In this document: piece after piece, positions 50,201 through 63,586 of the stretch
How positions within the stretch are numbered: position 1 is the first letter of the stretch
How the letters are laid out: every line of letters begins with the position of its first letter
From: Balanoglossus misakiensis
Taxonomy: Eukaryota > Animalia > Hemichordata
Length of the DNA stretch: 64,000 nt
Reading direction: 5' to 3'
NCBI GenBank assembly: GCA_040954595.2
Contig: CM082591.2
Span: 6,872,047-6,936,046 of the forward strand
Position numbers and translations under genes: made by a program
The notes under the pieces: model-generated
The model's input: the letters and a program-made list of their open reading frames with translations, nothing else
Databases searched by the model: none
What the model was told of the DNA's origin: nothing

Positions 50201-53200
50201 GTCGATCTACAGAGTCTACCGGAAAACTTTCTCTTTCGCTCAGGCCTCTGTGTTCTACGCATCACAACGGAATATGCAAATGACGAGACGGTGTTTGGAA
50301 GTATCCATGGATATTTTAGAACAAAACGTCGATCTACAGAGTCTACCGGAAAACTTTCTCTTTCGCTCAGGCCTACGTGTTCTACGCATCACAACGGAAT
50401 ATGCAAATGACGAGACGGTGTTTGGAAGCATCCATGGATATTTTAGAACAAAACGTCGATCTACAGAGTCTACCGGAAAACTTTCTCTTTCGCTCAGGCC
50501 TACGTGTTCTACGCATCACAACGGAATATGCAAATGACGAGACGGTGTTTGGAAGCATCCATGGATATTTTAGAACAAAACGTCGATCTACAGAGTCTAC
50601 CGGAAAACTTTCTCTTTCGCTCAGGCCTACGTGTTCTACGCATCACAACGGAATATGCAAATGACGAGACGGTGTTTGGAAGTATCCATGGATATTTTAG
50701 AACAAAACGTCGATCTACAGAGTCTACCGGAAAACTTTCTCTTTCGCTCAGGCCTACGTGTTCTACGCATCACAACGGAATATGCAAATGACGAGACAGT
50801 GTTTGGAAGCATCCGTGGATATTTTAGAACAAAACGTCGATCTACAGAGTCTACCGGAAAACTTTCTTTTGCGCTCAGGCCTACGTGTTCTACGCATCAC
50901 AACGGAATATGCAAATGACGAGACGGTGTTTGGAAGTATCCATGGATATTTTAGAACAAAACGTCGATCTACAGAGTCTACCGGAAAACTTTCTCTTTCG
51001 CTCAGGCCTACGTGTTCTACGCATCACAACGGAATATGCAAATGACGAGACAGTGTTTGGAAGCATCCGTGGATATTTTGGAACAAAACGTCGATCTACA
51101 GAGTCTACCGGAAAACTTTCTCTTTCGCTCAGGCCTACGTGTTCTACGCATCACAACGGAATATGCAAATGACGAGACGGTGTTTGGAAGTATCCATGGA
51201 TATTTTAGAACAAAACGTCGATCTACAGAGTCTACCGGAAAACTTTCTCTTTCGCTCAGGCCTACGTGTTCTACGCATCACAACGGAATATGCAAATGAC
51301 GAGACGGTGTTTGGAAGTATCCATGGATATTTTAGAACAAAACGTCGATCTACAGAGTCTACCGGAAAACTTTCTCTTTCGCTCAGGCCTACGTGTTCTA
51401 CGCATCACAACGGAATATGCAAATGACGAGACAGTGTTTGGAAGCATCCGTGGATATTTTGGAACAAAACGTCGATCTACAGAGTCTACCGGAAAACTTT
51501 CTCTTTCGCTCAGGCCTACGTGTTCTACGCATCACAACGCAATATGCAAATGACGAGACGGTGTTTGGAAGCATCCATGGATATTTTAGAACAAAACGTC
51601 GATCTACAGAGTCTACCGGAAAACTTTCTTTTGCGCTCAGGCCTACGTGTTCTACGCATCACAACGGAATATGCAAATGACGAGACGGTGTTTGGAAGCA
51701 TCCATGGATATTTTAGAACAAAACGTCGATCTACAGAGTCTACCGGAAAACTTTCTTTATCGCTCAGGCCTATGTGTTCTACGCATCACAACGGAATATG
51801 CAAATGACGAGACGGTGTTTGGAAGCATCCATGGATATTTTAGAACAAAACGTCGATCTACAGAGTCTACCGGAAAACTTTCTTTTGCGCTCAGGCCTAC
51901 GTGTTCTACGCATCACAACGGAATATGCAAATGACGAGACGGTGTTTGGAAGCATCCATGGATATTTTAGAACAAAACGTCGATCTACAGAGTCTACCGG
52001 AAAACTTTCTTTATCGCTCAGGCCTATGTGTTCTACGCATCACAACGGAATATGCAAATGACGAGACGGTGTTTGGAAGCATCCATGGATATTTTAGAAC
52101 AAAACGTCGATCTACAGAGTCTACCGGAAAACTTTCTCTTTCGCTCAGGCCTACGTGTTCTACGCATCACAACGCAATATGCAAATGACGAGACGGTGTT
52201 TGGAAGCATCCATGGATATTTTAGAACAAAACGTCGATCTACAGAGTCTACCGGAAAACTTTCTTTTGCGCTCAGGCCTACGTGTTCTACGCATCACAAC
52301 GGAATATGCAAATGACGAGACGGTGTTTGGAAGCATCCATGGATATTTTAGAACAAAACGTCGATCTACAGAGTCTACCGGAAAACTTTCTTTTGCGCTC
52401 AGGCCTACGTGTTCTACGCATCACAACGGAATATGCAAATGACGAGACGGTGTTTGGAAGCATCCGTGGATATTTTAGAACAAAACGTCGATCTACAGAG
52501 TCTACCGGAAAACTTTCTCTTTCGCTCAGGCTTATGTGTTCTACGCATCACAACGCAATATGCAAATGACGAGACGGTGTTTGGAAGCATCCATGGATAT
52601 TTTAGAACAAAACGTCGATCTACAGAGTCTACCGGAAAACTTTCTTTTTCGCTCAGGCCTATGTGTTCTACGCATCACAACGGAATATGCAAATGACGAG
52701 ACGGTGTTTGGAAGCATCCATGGATATTTTAGAACAAAACGTCGATCTACAGAGTCTACGGGAAAACTTTCTCTTTCGCTCAGGCCTACGTGTTCTACGC
52801 ATCACAACGGAATATGCAAATGACGAGACGGTGTTTGGAAGCATCCATGGATATTTTAGAACAAAACGTCGATCTACAGAGTCTACGGGAAAACTTTCTC
52901 TTTCGCTCAGGCCTATGTGTTCTACGCATCACAACGGAATATGCAAATGACGAGACGGTGTTTGGAAGCATCCATGGATATTTTAGAACAAAACGTCGAT
53001 CTACAGAGTCTACCGGAAAACTTTCTTTTTCGCTCAGGCCTACGTGTTCTACGCATCACAACGGAATATGCAAATGACGAGACGGTGTTTGGAAGCATCC
53101 ATGGATATTTTAGAACAAAACGTCGATCTACAGAGTCTACCGGAAAACTTTATTTTGCGCTCAGGCCTATGTGTTCTACGCATCAAAACGGAATATGCAA

Positions 53201-53299
53201 ATGACGAGACAGTGTTTGGAAGCATCCATGGATATTTTAGAACAAAACGTCGATCAACAGAGTCTACCGTAAAATGTTCTTATGCGCTCAGGCCTATGT
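41296..53299 (+). repeat. ~12-kb tandem array of a 127-bp satellite (about 95 monomers, some 120-bp variants)
   Basis: Monomer GTGTTCTACGCATCACAACGGAATATGCAAATGACGAGACGGTGTTTGGAAGCATCC(A/G)TGGATATTTTAGAACAAAACGTCGATCTACAGAGTCTACCGGAAAACTTTCT(C/T)TTTCGCTCAGGCCTA(C/T). ORF starts recur every 127 bp. Confidence 0.98.
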
Positions 53300-54780
53300 G
53301 TTACCATAGCAAATTGGGATCTAGCCAATCGCAGATTATCAGTAGGTGGCACACGTGAAAAAAAGAGCGCCACCATATGGTCTTTAGAACACTCAGATAC
53401 GCCATTTCAGCCATGTATATGGGCGTACGTAAATTAGAGTTGGCCGTATACCTTTAACGTGCACTGCGGAGGCCGCAAATCACAAGGGCGTGTCGGTGTG
53501 GTCGTCGGTGCTGGAATTGATACCTGTATAAGACGTGCAGACTATTTAACCGGCTTCCTTCCGATTTAAGCCACAGGTGTGAATGTCTTGGTCAGTTTGT
53601 GCTGAGTTTTTCTTTTCGTAAAAGCTAGTGACGTTGCCCCTTCAAATTACAAAAAATCTTGCGTCATTGGAAATTTAATTTTAAAAAGTTCAACGAACTA
53701 GAAAAATAAATGAACCAACCATGGTAACTGTGGAACGAGGAAATAACTGATAGCTGATAAAAGTCGAATCCAGGCACGTGAAACTGGGGATTTCCATTTG
53801 GCGTTTTGTCAAGGTTCTAATTATTGTCAATGTTTTTTTCTCATCATTATTTTGTTTACACTGTTAAAGATTAAAAACTTGCTCTTTTATGTTGAAGGTT
53901 ATTACAATACGTTTTCGCAAAATACGGGTATTTATTATTTTACTCGTTTTCTTCGCAAAGTATTAATTGAAAAATAGAATTGAAATCTTAAAGTCAATTG
54001 TCATTAAGATGGGTTTGTGAACACAATTTTACACATTTTAGGGCCAATGGTGAAGTAATCCACCTACATAAACAGGTATAGAGTGCTTTTCGATGTGTGA
54101 ATGCTTTTCTCGGACGCACCACCTGACCAAAATTGCCATTAGTTAAAATTTCACCTGTATTTAATACCTAGTAGATAGTGAAATATATTCACTTTGGAAC
54201 AGTATTTTTGAAACAGTGCGACGTTTCGATCCGACTACAACGGAGCTTGACGCAATGGTGTTAATTATTCAGCGTTGATGTCTCAGCAACAGGCGGAATA
54301 ATATATCCGTAAATAGATATATATACTAAAATATATGCCTCAAATGAATATATTGCTCCAGGTCCATATGTACATTTTTAGCTGCCAATGTTTGAATTAT
54401 CTTTATGTTTTTACTTTCAAACTCAGAATGGCCCATTCGAATAAACTTACTGATGGCACCCTTCCATTTTATTTAGCTTCCTAACAAAGCCTGCAAGAAA
54501 GAGCTTGTTGGATCAAGGTACTGGAGCTTGAAAGTCTATGAGTGATTTCTTTGATTCAATTTTAGATTCCACCAACCATTGAACAACCAGAGGCTTATGA
54601 TGAAGTGAGAGAGGTTCTGGAAAGTATTGGACTTACAAAAGTCAGTCGGCCAACTCTTTAGAACATTGTGTCATGAGAGATCACAAAAAGTACATGGTGT
54701 GTAATTGCTGTGTCCAAGATCTATAGAAGATGGATAGCATCGTGAATACACTGTCAAGAATGCCTGATACGTGGATATTA

Positions 54781-54968
54781 TACACATGATGACTGACAAT
54801 GAGGGTAACAGTGTATTTTGATGACCGAGGGTGCTGCTAGTCACAACTAAAACAGTCTTGTTTTCCCGAGGGCATAGCCCGAGGGAAAACAGACTGTTTT
54901 GGTGTGACTGGCAGTCCCGAGGTCATTAACAATACACTGTTGCCCGAATATGTCAGTCATCATGTGTT
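54781..54968. repeat. Long hairpin element (core CCGAGGGCATAGCCCGAG)
   Basis: Inverted arms ACACATGATGACTGACA.../...TGTCAGTCATCATGTGT. Confidence 0.75.
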
Positions 54969-55373
54969 TTATAACACACCAAACCGATCGAACTGATGCC
55001 CTGGGCAACAGTTCGAATTATAATATGCTTGGTGTGAATCTAGCTCGCTGATTGGCTGGAGCCGGGGTTTATATTCTCGACAAGAAGACCTAGTACCTGG
55101 ACCCTGAACAGTGAATAGTTTTTAAAAAAGTAACCGAAATAGAACACGTAGAAGGGAACACGCCTGAATAGAACGCACTTTATGAATTCTATTGGCGGTG
55201 GCATAAAATCGCGTGACTTTAGACATTCTAGAACACGTTTGCACGAGCTCAGCTTGCGTGTTCTGGAACAGTGCGCGACGAGGCCCTTGAACTAGCACGA
55301 TTTATTCTCAACCAAACAACCGATTTGAAAAAATGAAATAGCTTATCTTTATCAAGCAAAATCATATTATAAT

Positions 55374-55558
55374 GAGGTTATAAACAGTGCGCTCGGGTAT
55401 TTGGTACGGATATAAGACCTCTCAGGTGAAAATTAGCATATTTGGGTGAAATAATCACCTCGCTTCGCTCGGTGATTATTTCCCGCCAAATATGCTAATT
55501 TTTACCTGAGAGGTCTTATATCCGCAACCAAATACCCTCGCTAGCCGTTTATAACCTC
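55374..55558. repeat. Long hairpin element (core CTCGCTTCGCTCG)
   Basis: Inverted arms GAGGTTATAAAC...AAGACCTCTCAGGT.../...ACCTGAGAGGTCTT...GTTTATAACCTC. Confidence 0.8.
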
Positions 55559-58063
55559 TAAATGACTAAGGTCACGTGACGCCGTATTGACGAATCACGA
55601 TCGAGGGTTCGCTGCATGGTGTGTTATAATCTGATCTGAACAAGATGGATGGAAAATCATCCTCAATGCACATCATGACTACGGGTGAAAATCTGTAGTC
55701 ATCTCTCGTCATCTTATTCGTCATTTTGATTTTGCGCACACACAAATGCTGCCGTGTTCTGGCAGTTTTTAAGTACATGTACAAACATACCCGGAAAAAC
55801 TGTGACTGGATGCTGAAATATTGCTTGCCCGTCACCTGGAAATGACAATGCTGTGGGTCACATGGCCAGATCATGTGATTGATATTAAAGAATTTCAATA
55901 ATGGCAGGCTTTTTTACCTGACAGCTGGGTGTTTCATTAACTTCTGGCTATTTTCAGCATCACTGATGCTCTTGCAAAAAATCATGGAAAGATGGGTAAC
56001 TGTGCCAATAATGATGCTTATATTGTGTAATAGACAAAAATAAATGCTGCATTTCTATGTAGATTAGTAGTTGTAGCATGTATTGATGCAATATTTTTCT
56101 GAAATAGAGTCCTGCATACTAAATACGAGTACAGAACTAGGTAAAAATAGTTTGTCAAATTATTGTATCATGTTTTCTTTCTAAATTTTTCAAAACATAT
56201 AAAGATGTGATCGTAGAATAATTGTGTTCTTGCATTTGGCTGCTTTCATACTAAAGTAGCTTTGCATATTCTCTGTGTGGTCAGACTATCGGCAATTCTC
56301 CCTACCTTAAATAGGTTTTAAGCTACCTAAGTGAGTGATGAAAATCTCATATGGTCGACACAATTTCAAGATGGCCGATTTTTGCCATGTTTAAGAAAGG
56401 GGAGTTCATAAGCTAAAGGGATACTGAGTCATTCTGAAACTTTATAACAGAAAAAATAACAACATTTGAAAAAGGTTTAATGAGTTTAACGTGCTAACTA
56501 CAAAGAAAGACACGTTCGACCAAAATAAAGTAAACATATCATTTCTTCTATCTCTTACTACAGTGGGTTGTCGACTTTTTACCCAGAATGCAATTATTAT
56601 AATGTGATTTGACCCCCTAGCACAGAATTCTTGGTATTTGATGAACAGTGTCAAAACTCTGAGGTAAAGAGTGGTCATTGTCTCATAGAGGTCATTGGTT
56701 ACATGTATTTCAAAATATGGTCACATTTCATATTGCATCTTATTCTGACAGGTTGTCATGGATATTGATGAGTGATTTACACAAACTAAATTGCCACTGT
56801 CACTGGTTTGGCACATGCACATAAGACCATCGTCGCCCTTTAAAGAACATATTTTTTTACTTTCACAAAGACAATTGTCACCAATTATAAAGTTCAACAA
56901 GACTATTGCACATCAGCCATTTCAACTTCATTCATTAAGTCTTCTAGAATGTAGCAATTTTAGCTATATTTTTATAAACAATTAAATATTCAAGAGAAGC
57001 AGACATCATATTAAAAGTTTTAAAGATAAAATTAAGATTACAATTGAAGTTTCAGGCTCAATTACATGCTGAACCTGTGGTATATTCTTGAAGAAAAATA
57101 ATTTTTGAAAATTACAAATCATGTGAAAAATATCAGTTGATGTCAAATACAATTCAGGGTTCTCCCCAGGTTGACTTGAGTGCTGGCTACTCATTAATAT
57201 TCATGCTCATTAATATGTATACTCGTTAGTATTCATGTCTGTTGCAAGTCATACCCATTCTTCAACATATCAAAATGAAACAATAGACTAGATTGAGTAC
57301 ACAATAAAGCCGACCACCGAACAGTATGGGGAGAACCCTGACAATAAGATATAACAATGTTGAGATTGACATCATTTGTGAAATCTATGTTTAAAAACTG
57401 CTGAATGCTCTGAATAAACTGTAACCTTCGCAACCAATTTTCAAAATAATCATCGTCTTCCAAATCTGTTCTCAAATTTTTCATGGATCTTTTATAAGAC
57501 GAGAGGCTGAAATTATCCTTAGTGGTTGGTGGGATGATGTGCAGTTGATAGATTTACTTTTACATAGTGTGCATATGGTCATGATTGTACATCCATAGCA
57601 GATGTCGGGGTTTGTAATGCTGGGATATTTTGAAAATCTGCTCAAAGCTGAAGTTAGTATTGTAGGTTGAGCTTCATTTTGATCTGCGTACGCCTTTTCC
57701 CCTAAAGAGGGCGCCCTTCCAAAACATGGCATCATCTCCAAGCAGACAACACAAAAACGAGTCCAGCATGCTGGAACTAAAATCGATAATTAGGATATGC
57801 ACATATGACTTAGGATTATGAAAATGGTTAACAATCATGTTTATTAAAGTCTGCATGGCATCAGCATGGCATAAATTGTTTAGATAGATTTATTATTGAT
57901 TGTGATAAAATGTGAGCTTTTTGAAAAATATTGCTTTAAGAAAACGTAGTGGTGGTGGTGTTTAACGTTTGGGGGCGCAATTTTGGAGTTGGTCACAGAC
58001 AGCTGCTTTCATATTGGACCGTACATGTATGGTCGGTCGTCAATAGAATCTCAACCTTAGGCC

Positions 58064-58188
58064 CAATCTGATTAAAATCAGATGTAGGGAACGGCGACGT
58101 GTTTTTTTTTATGCTGTCGCCTAGTGTGAGGCGACAGCAAAAAAAAAAACCACGTCGCCGTTCCCTACATCTGATTTTAATCAGATTG
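58064..58188. mobile_element. Hairpin MITE with 9-bp TSD CCTTAGGCC (duplicate of 22337-22459)
   Basis: Palindrome with an exact TSD. Confidence 0.85.
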
Positions 58189-58193
58189 CCTTA

Positions 58194-58599
58194 GGCCAGG
58201 AAGAAAAAATAAGTTGTTCATCGGAATCGCCGCTTCTACTTTGGCTGATTTTGAATTTTTTTGGGGGGATCTCGGCAAATTCTACTTCCGCGTTACAAAA
58301 TTCTTAGTACTGCAGCTGGTGGCAAGAATATGTTGTGCAAACACCAACTGTAAATGTAATTGCCTATGTTATTGTTGGGAAATATAGTATTGAATTCAGT
58401 TACAAGTACATGTATCAGTGTTTTTGTCTGAAATATTTCTGGTAAAAAGGGAAACAATAATCTCGCCTTGTCTGCATCTGTGCAAATATGCCGGAGAACC
58501 GCATTTACCTTCAGCCTATAAAAAAAAAAAAAATTCGCTCGCCGTTCCTGGAACTACGCCCAAAAAATCCGATGAACAAGATTTTTTTTCTCTCTGGCC
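58194..58599. mobile_element. PIF/Harbinger-like MITE (TTA TSD)
   Basis: GGCCAG..AAAAAAT..TTGTTCATCGGA / TCCGATGAACAAG.TTTTTTT..CTGGCC. The empty site TCAACC-TTA-TCTGA is present near 36965-36980. Confidence 0.75.
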
Positions 58600-60030
58600 T
58601 TATCTGATATTTCAATTTATTTGCTGTAAATTTATTCATGCTATTCATATGATGTATATCTATGACATCGACATTGTACATGTATATCAGAATTCGGTTA
58701 CATAAGCATTTTGAACAAGAATGTTATACAAGATACACTCTATAGATATAAGAAATGGACGTGTATCGATCTGTCAGCAGCATAGAAAACAAAGTATATA
58801 ATGTTTTTCATTTTGATTTTAAGATAAGTTTTCAGTGACACGTGTTCGTGTTATATACTGACAATATAATTGGGAGGAATGGCTATGCCGTCAACACAAG
58901 AGAGCACCACTGCAAAGTTTAGATTGCACAGCACACAGTGTACACATCGCCATTACGAACTTCACTTGCTTGTCTGAAATTGCTGTGGGTAATGAATCAG
59001 TCGACCTTGTTGTCACTACTTTCAGCCATGATGTTTGTCCGTCAAAGACTGAGTTTCGAATGATTGAAGTGGCCCCTCACTGACCATCTGGCAAATGAAC
59101 TGGCTGACAAGTTCATACTCGTACTGCAGATGCCAAACCGCGATGGTCGCTCGAAAATGCTTAACTACTTTCAGTCTCTCGAACCCGAATCCGAAACCGA
59201 ATCCGAAACTGAATCCGAATCCGAAATTGACACTAACTTCAGCATCGTCTCCCCCCTCGTTCATTTGAACTGTGCGCCCTCAACACAGTTCAAAACAAAT
59301 GGCGGTAAAACTAAAAGATTACCGGTCGCGCATCCTTTCTTCATATATATTTGAAATAACAATTATTTTGGACTATCGAATGGAAATATTTACAGATCAC
59401 AATACAATATATATCTCTGGCGATTTACAGGTAAGTTTTTAGAATTATTTTGCACACATAAATTGATGAAACGCCTTCATCCTTTCAGATGCAATGGAGA
59501 TCTGATGGGAAGTGGACTGTGTACATCATAACTTTCAGACCCCTCCATGTCAAAATTCATGAAAAAAACAAGTAAAAATATTCCAAAACGACTCAGGTTT
59601 GGATTATTTATACTCGTTACGTGAAGCGACTGTAGACTAAATATTTTTTTTCCAAAATAAGCTTTGTAAATGTGGAAAAAAGAACCCAATTTTTGATTGT
59701 TTACATGCCAAGTTGACGAAATGCATTCAGTTTCAAACAGTCTTGTCTCAAAATCCCTCAAAATAAACTGCAAAAATTACTCAAAACACCCTCAGTATTT
59801 TTTGCCTACACTCAGTACATGTAGCGACTGCACCTACAATTAATTTCTGTTCTGAATTTTACTTCAAAATGTGGAAAATAACTCCAAAAATTGTGAAAGT
59901 GACATTGGTTCAGTTTGAACTTTGTTGCCATGGCATGCGATCAATCGTAAATTTATCGACGCTGCCTCTAAATTTTCTCTCAAATTTCACATTTTTTGAT
60001 GTCGTGTGGACATGCATTCCATGGTGATAT

Positions 60031-63000
60031 TTATGTCTGCTTGTGGAATACTTTGATTTGGTCGCTGTAAGACTCTCCAACAGCAATTCTGTCACCGCTG
60101 ACTGCAAGGAACCAGGGGAGTCTCACCTCACCTTCAAATAAGTGACAGATCCACTCTCCATCAAATCTCCATTTCACAATCCTATCATTCCTCCGATCAC
60201 ACACAAACAAATTATCGTCATCATCGACGTCAATGCTGAATGGACGCCACAGCTGACCAGGACCCCAACCATACACACCAAATTGATACAAGAATTTCAA
60301 TTCAGCATCAAAACACTTGATGCAGTGATTGCCACAGTCAGACACCATGATGACATTCTTACTGTTGACCACCACAGAGTATGGTAAACTGAATTGTGTT
60401 TGGCCATCACCTTCACCACCAACCTCTGCAACATACTGACCATCTTGGGTGTACTTGAGTAGCCGATGACCTTTGACCTCAGTGACCAAAACAAATCCAT
60501 TCAGTAGAGCGATGCCCCAGACATAGACGCCTGCAGGTAGAGTAATTATTCTAAGAATTTTATTGTTTTGATCACAAACAACAATTTGAGAATTTCCATC
60601 ATCACTTATGAAGTAGATGTTGTCATGGGAGACAGCTACATCACATGGCTGGAATGGCTTTGCAAACTGACCATCAAAACTTCCCAAGACTTTGTCACAG
60701 GTGTAATCTTGATTCAGTATCTGTATAACCCTGTTGCCTTGGTCACACACCACTAGTTTGTCACCATGGAACACCATACCTCTTGGGTCTTTAAACTTTC
60801 GCCCTGGCTTTGGACTTTGGCCATCCAGTGTCCTCACTGACCAGCGACCTATTAGGTGAAACAGAGGGCAAAGGTCAAACATGCTGTATTGCAATGCATT
60901 AGGAATATGCTATCTAGAGTTAGTGTTTTATTGTTCATTTTAACAAGAGAAAACATATTACAAAAGAAACGAATCATTGCTATGACAACTGAACTACTAA
61001 GGGGTAGTTTTTCTACACAATGTTTACAGTGACAAATAACCATGGCAACCAGAGTAACCATGAGTTTCTTGAACTATTTCTTTTTCTCAGCAATATAGCT
61101 AGGAGGAAATTTCCTTTGTCTCTTTTTGATATTATAATATACATAAAAATTAAAAGACTATCTTATTTAACCATTCAATAGATATACTATCGTTGATGTT
61201 GCCATGGTAACACATTCAAAGAAATCAGTTCAAAAATAATCTTTTACTTGTAACTTTTGACTCAGTAGACATTTCATAACAATTCTTGAACTGAGTTTCA
61301 GGGATAATTCTTTGGTCCATTATTTTTAGGAAAAAATGTATGATGGTAGCATTATTGACTGGTAACCATGACAACTGAACCTCAATGTATTTTGTAAAAC
61401 ATTGGCAATGTGCTAAAGTTAGTGTTTTAATTTAACTTTAAACTTTTTTTACAAAATTAACAAGTTCAAGTATTGCCATGATATATTTGTACCAAAGTAC
61501 TCTATATGTACACATTTTCCAATACCAAGTAACCATGGAAACTGGACAAAATGTTAATATCAGTTAATAATTCTATTTTTGAAAACAAGTAGCAGAAATA
61601 TTACCTGAAATTATCACTTTATTTATGGTGTTTGTAACCCATAAAAAATGTTCCTATTCAACTGCTCAATGGATTTAGTGACAGTATTGTTGTCATGGTA
61701 ACACATCCTAACATATCAGTACAGGAATAATCTTTGCCTTGTAATTTTGGAATTAGTAGGTCTTACATAAAAATTCTTGAACAATGTCTCAAGGATCATT
61801 GCCTACCTTATACTTGTAGCTTTTCAAACCAGGGCAACAAGACAAACATCAATTTCTGAAACAATTTCTATTGCTTTGCAATATAAAGAAAAAAGCTATC
61901 TGTCATTTTATTGACAGACTATTATAATACAAAGTATTTCTAACTTTATATACTATCTGTAATGTTGTTGTGCCAAAGATTTTGTTTCTTTTTCCAGCCA
62001 ACCAGAGATGGTCTGCTTTTCAGTAGTTGTCATATTGGTGAACAGAGAAGAATTATCTACTCCTTAGCCGAGAGGGCTGGTACTTTCTTTGACCAGGTGA
62101 GTATTTTTGTGAATAAACCCTTGAGAAAATTATTGGTGTAAACCTTTCTAACTTTAAAGAATTTATTGGAAAGTAAAATGCATTGTTGTAAAATGCATTG
62201 CAGATGATCTGAGAGATGGAAAACCTGCAGTTACTTAGGATGAGTCATGATAAATAGTCTGTCTCAACACCACTGGCTGTTCCAGATTGTCACTTGGATA
62301 AAAAATTGGTAAGTTCCTAATTTGAATTACCTTTTTTGATTATTTATAATCATAACAAAATTAAAGTTTCTTGATATTGTGGAATATCTACATATGACAA
62401 TTCCAAAGTCAAATGAAGAAATTGAATGATTGTAGCTAGTGGTTGAAATTGTAGAAATTGAGCATTTTCACCCTGGACCAGAGTTGTTTTATTTCTGGCC
62501 ACTGTAACAAAGAGTGAACCTTTCACCCCTTTCTGTTGCATATGGATTCAACCATACCAATCAAAACAGAGGGTTTGAAACACTGTTCTATTTTATGTTG
62601 CTTTATGCTGTCTGTGTCTGCCAATAATCAGCCTACTTGTACATTGGACATTTACACACAAATTGGCTCATAGCTTTTCTTTTTTCTATTCTGGCACACC
62701 TTGATGCTCCATCAAATGCTCTTGCAGAATTGATCATAACAATCTCATCCACATGATATTGATATTGAGTCAATATCTGCACGCATTTTGATGTTTCTAA
62801 TTTACAGACAAAAGTATTCACCAATGACCAGACAGCCAATCTATTCTTGCAAAGAATACAAAGTTGAATTCAAAGATGACAAGGTTGGTATCTTCTGACG
62901 TTACTTTGTTTATGTTTGATCAAGTGAAAAGTTTCTTATAATGATTTTGAACTCTCTGAATTGTTGGTGACCAGACCTCTATTCTTATCTTGCCTCATAC

Positions 63001-63554
63001 TTGTAAAAATTTGCGTTGTGATGTCAAGGTTTCTGGTAAGTGCCATAAATGTTATGTCATCAAGTTTTCTTATATTATACATTTACACACAATGCAGTTT
63101 GGTAGTACCGGTAGAAGTCTGGCAACCAATGATTCAACATTTACTTGAAGTTTTGAATCAACTGATCCCTTATTATCAACACATGTATTCAACTTATTTT
63201 CCAACACTGAGAATGCACATACCTGTTTTAGAAGGTTTTGCTGAAACACTGGCTCCCTTTGTATCCTCAGATATCTCTTTACTTCCTGTAGTGGAGAGAT
63301 GACTTAGACATTAATTTTACTTGAAGTTTTGAATCAACTGATCCCTTATTATCAGCACATGTATTCAACTGTTATTTTCTAACACTGAGATGAAATGCAC
63401 ATACCTGTTTCAGGAGATTCTGTTGAAACACTGGCTCCCTTTGTATTCTCAGATATCTCTTTACTTCCTGTAGTCCCTGAATCACCAGCAGTTTCTTTAC
63501 TTCCACCAAAAAATCTCCTTATCTTGCTGATGACACCTTTGGATTGCTTTTCTT
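60031..63554 (-). CDS. 3' part of a second NHL paralog (presumably GT4-NHL); exons 63554-63405, 63285-63223, 60848-60031; continues beyond the window
   Basis: Intact NHL exon paralogous to 24172-24989, with phase-1 GT-AG exons upstream. Confidence 0.85.
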
Positions 63555-63586
63555 CTGCAAAAGAAAGTGATCAAACAATGAAAATA

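Larger units (their letters stand above)
53300..63470. repeat. Segmental duplication, copy 2
   Basis: Matches 18670-27690, with a copy-specific ~1.37-kb insertion at about 54374-55743. Confidence 0.95.

Noticed and set aside
41296-53299. CENP-B box or centromeric satellite
   Set aside because: TTCG is present but the full TTCG-N4-A-N2-CGGG is not, and the array is short and lies among genes.
41296-53358. About 100 overlapping 95-aa ORFs (MFYASQRNMQ...) or a CRISPR-like array
   Set aside because: These are artefacts of a 127-bp satellite whose length is not a multiple of 3. There are no unique spacers and no cas genes.
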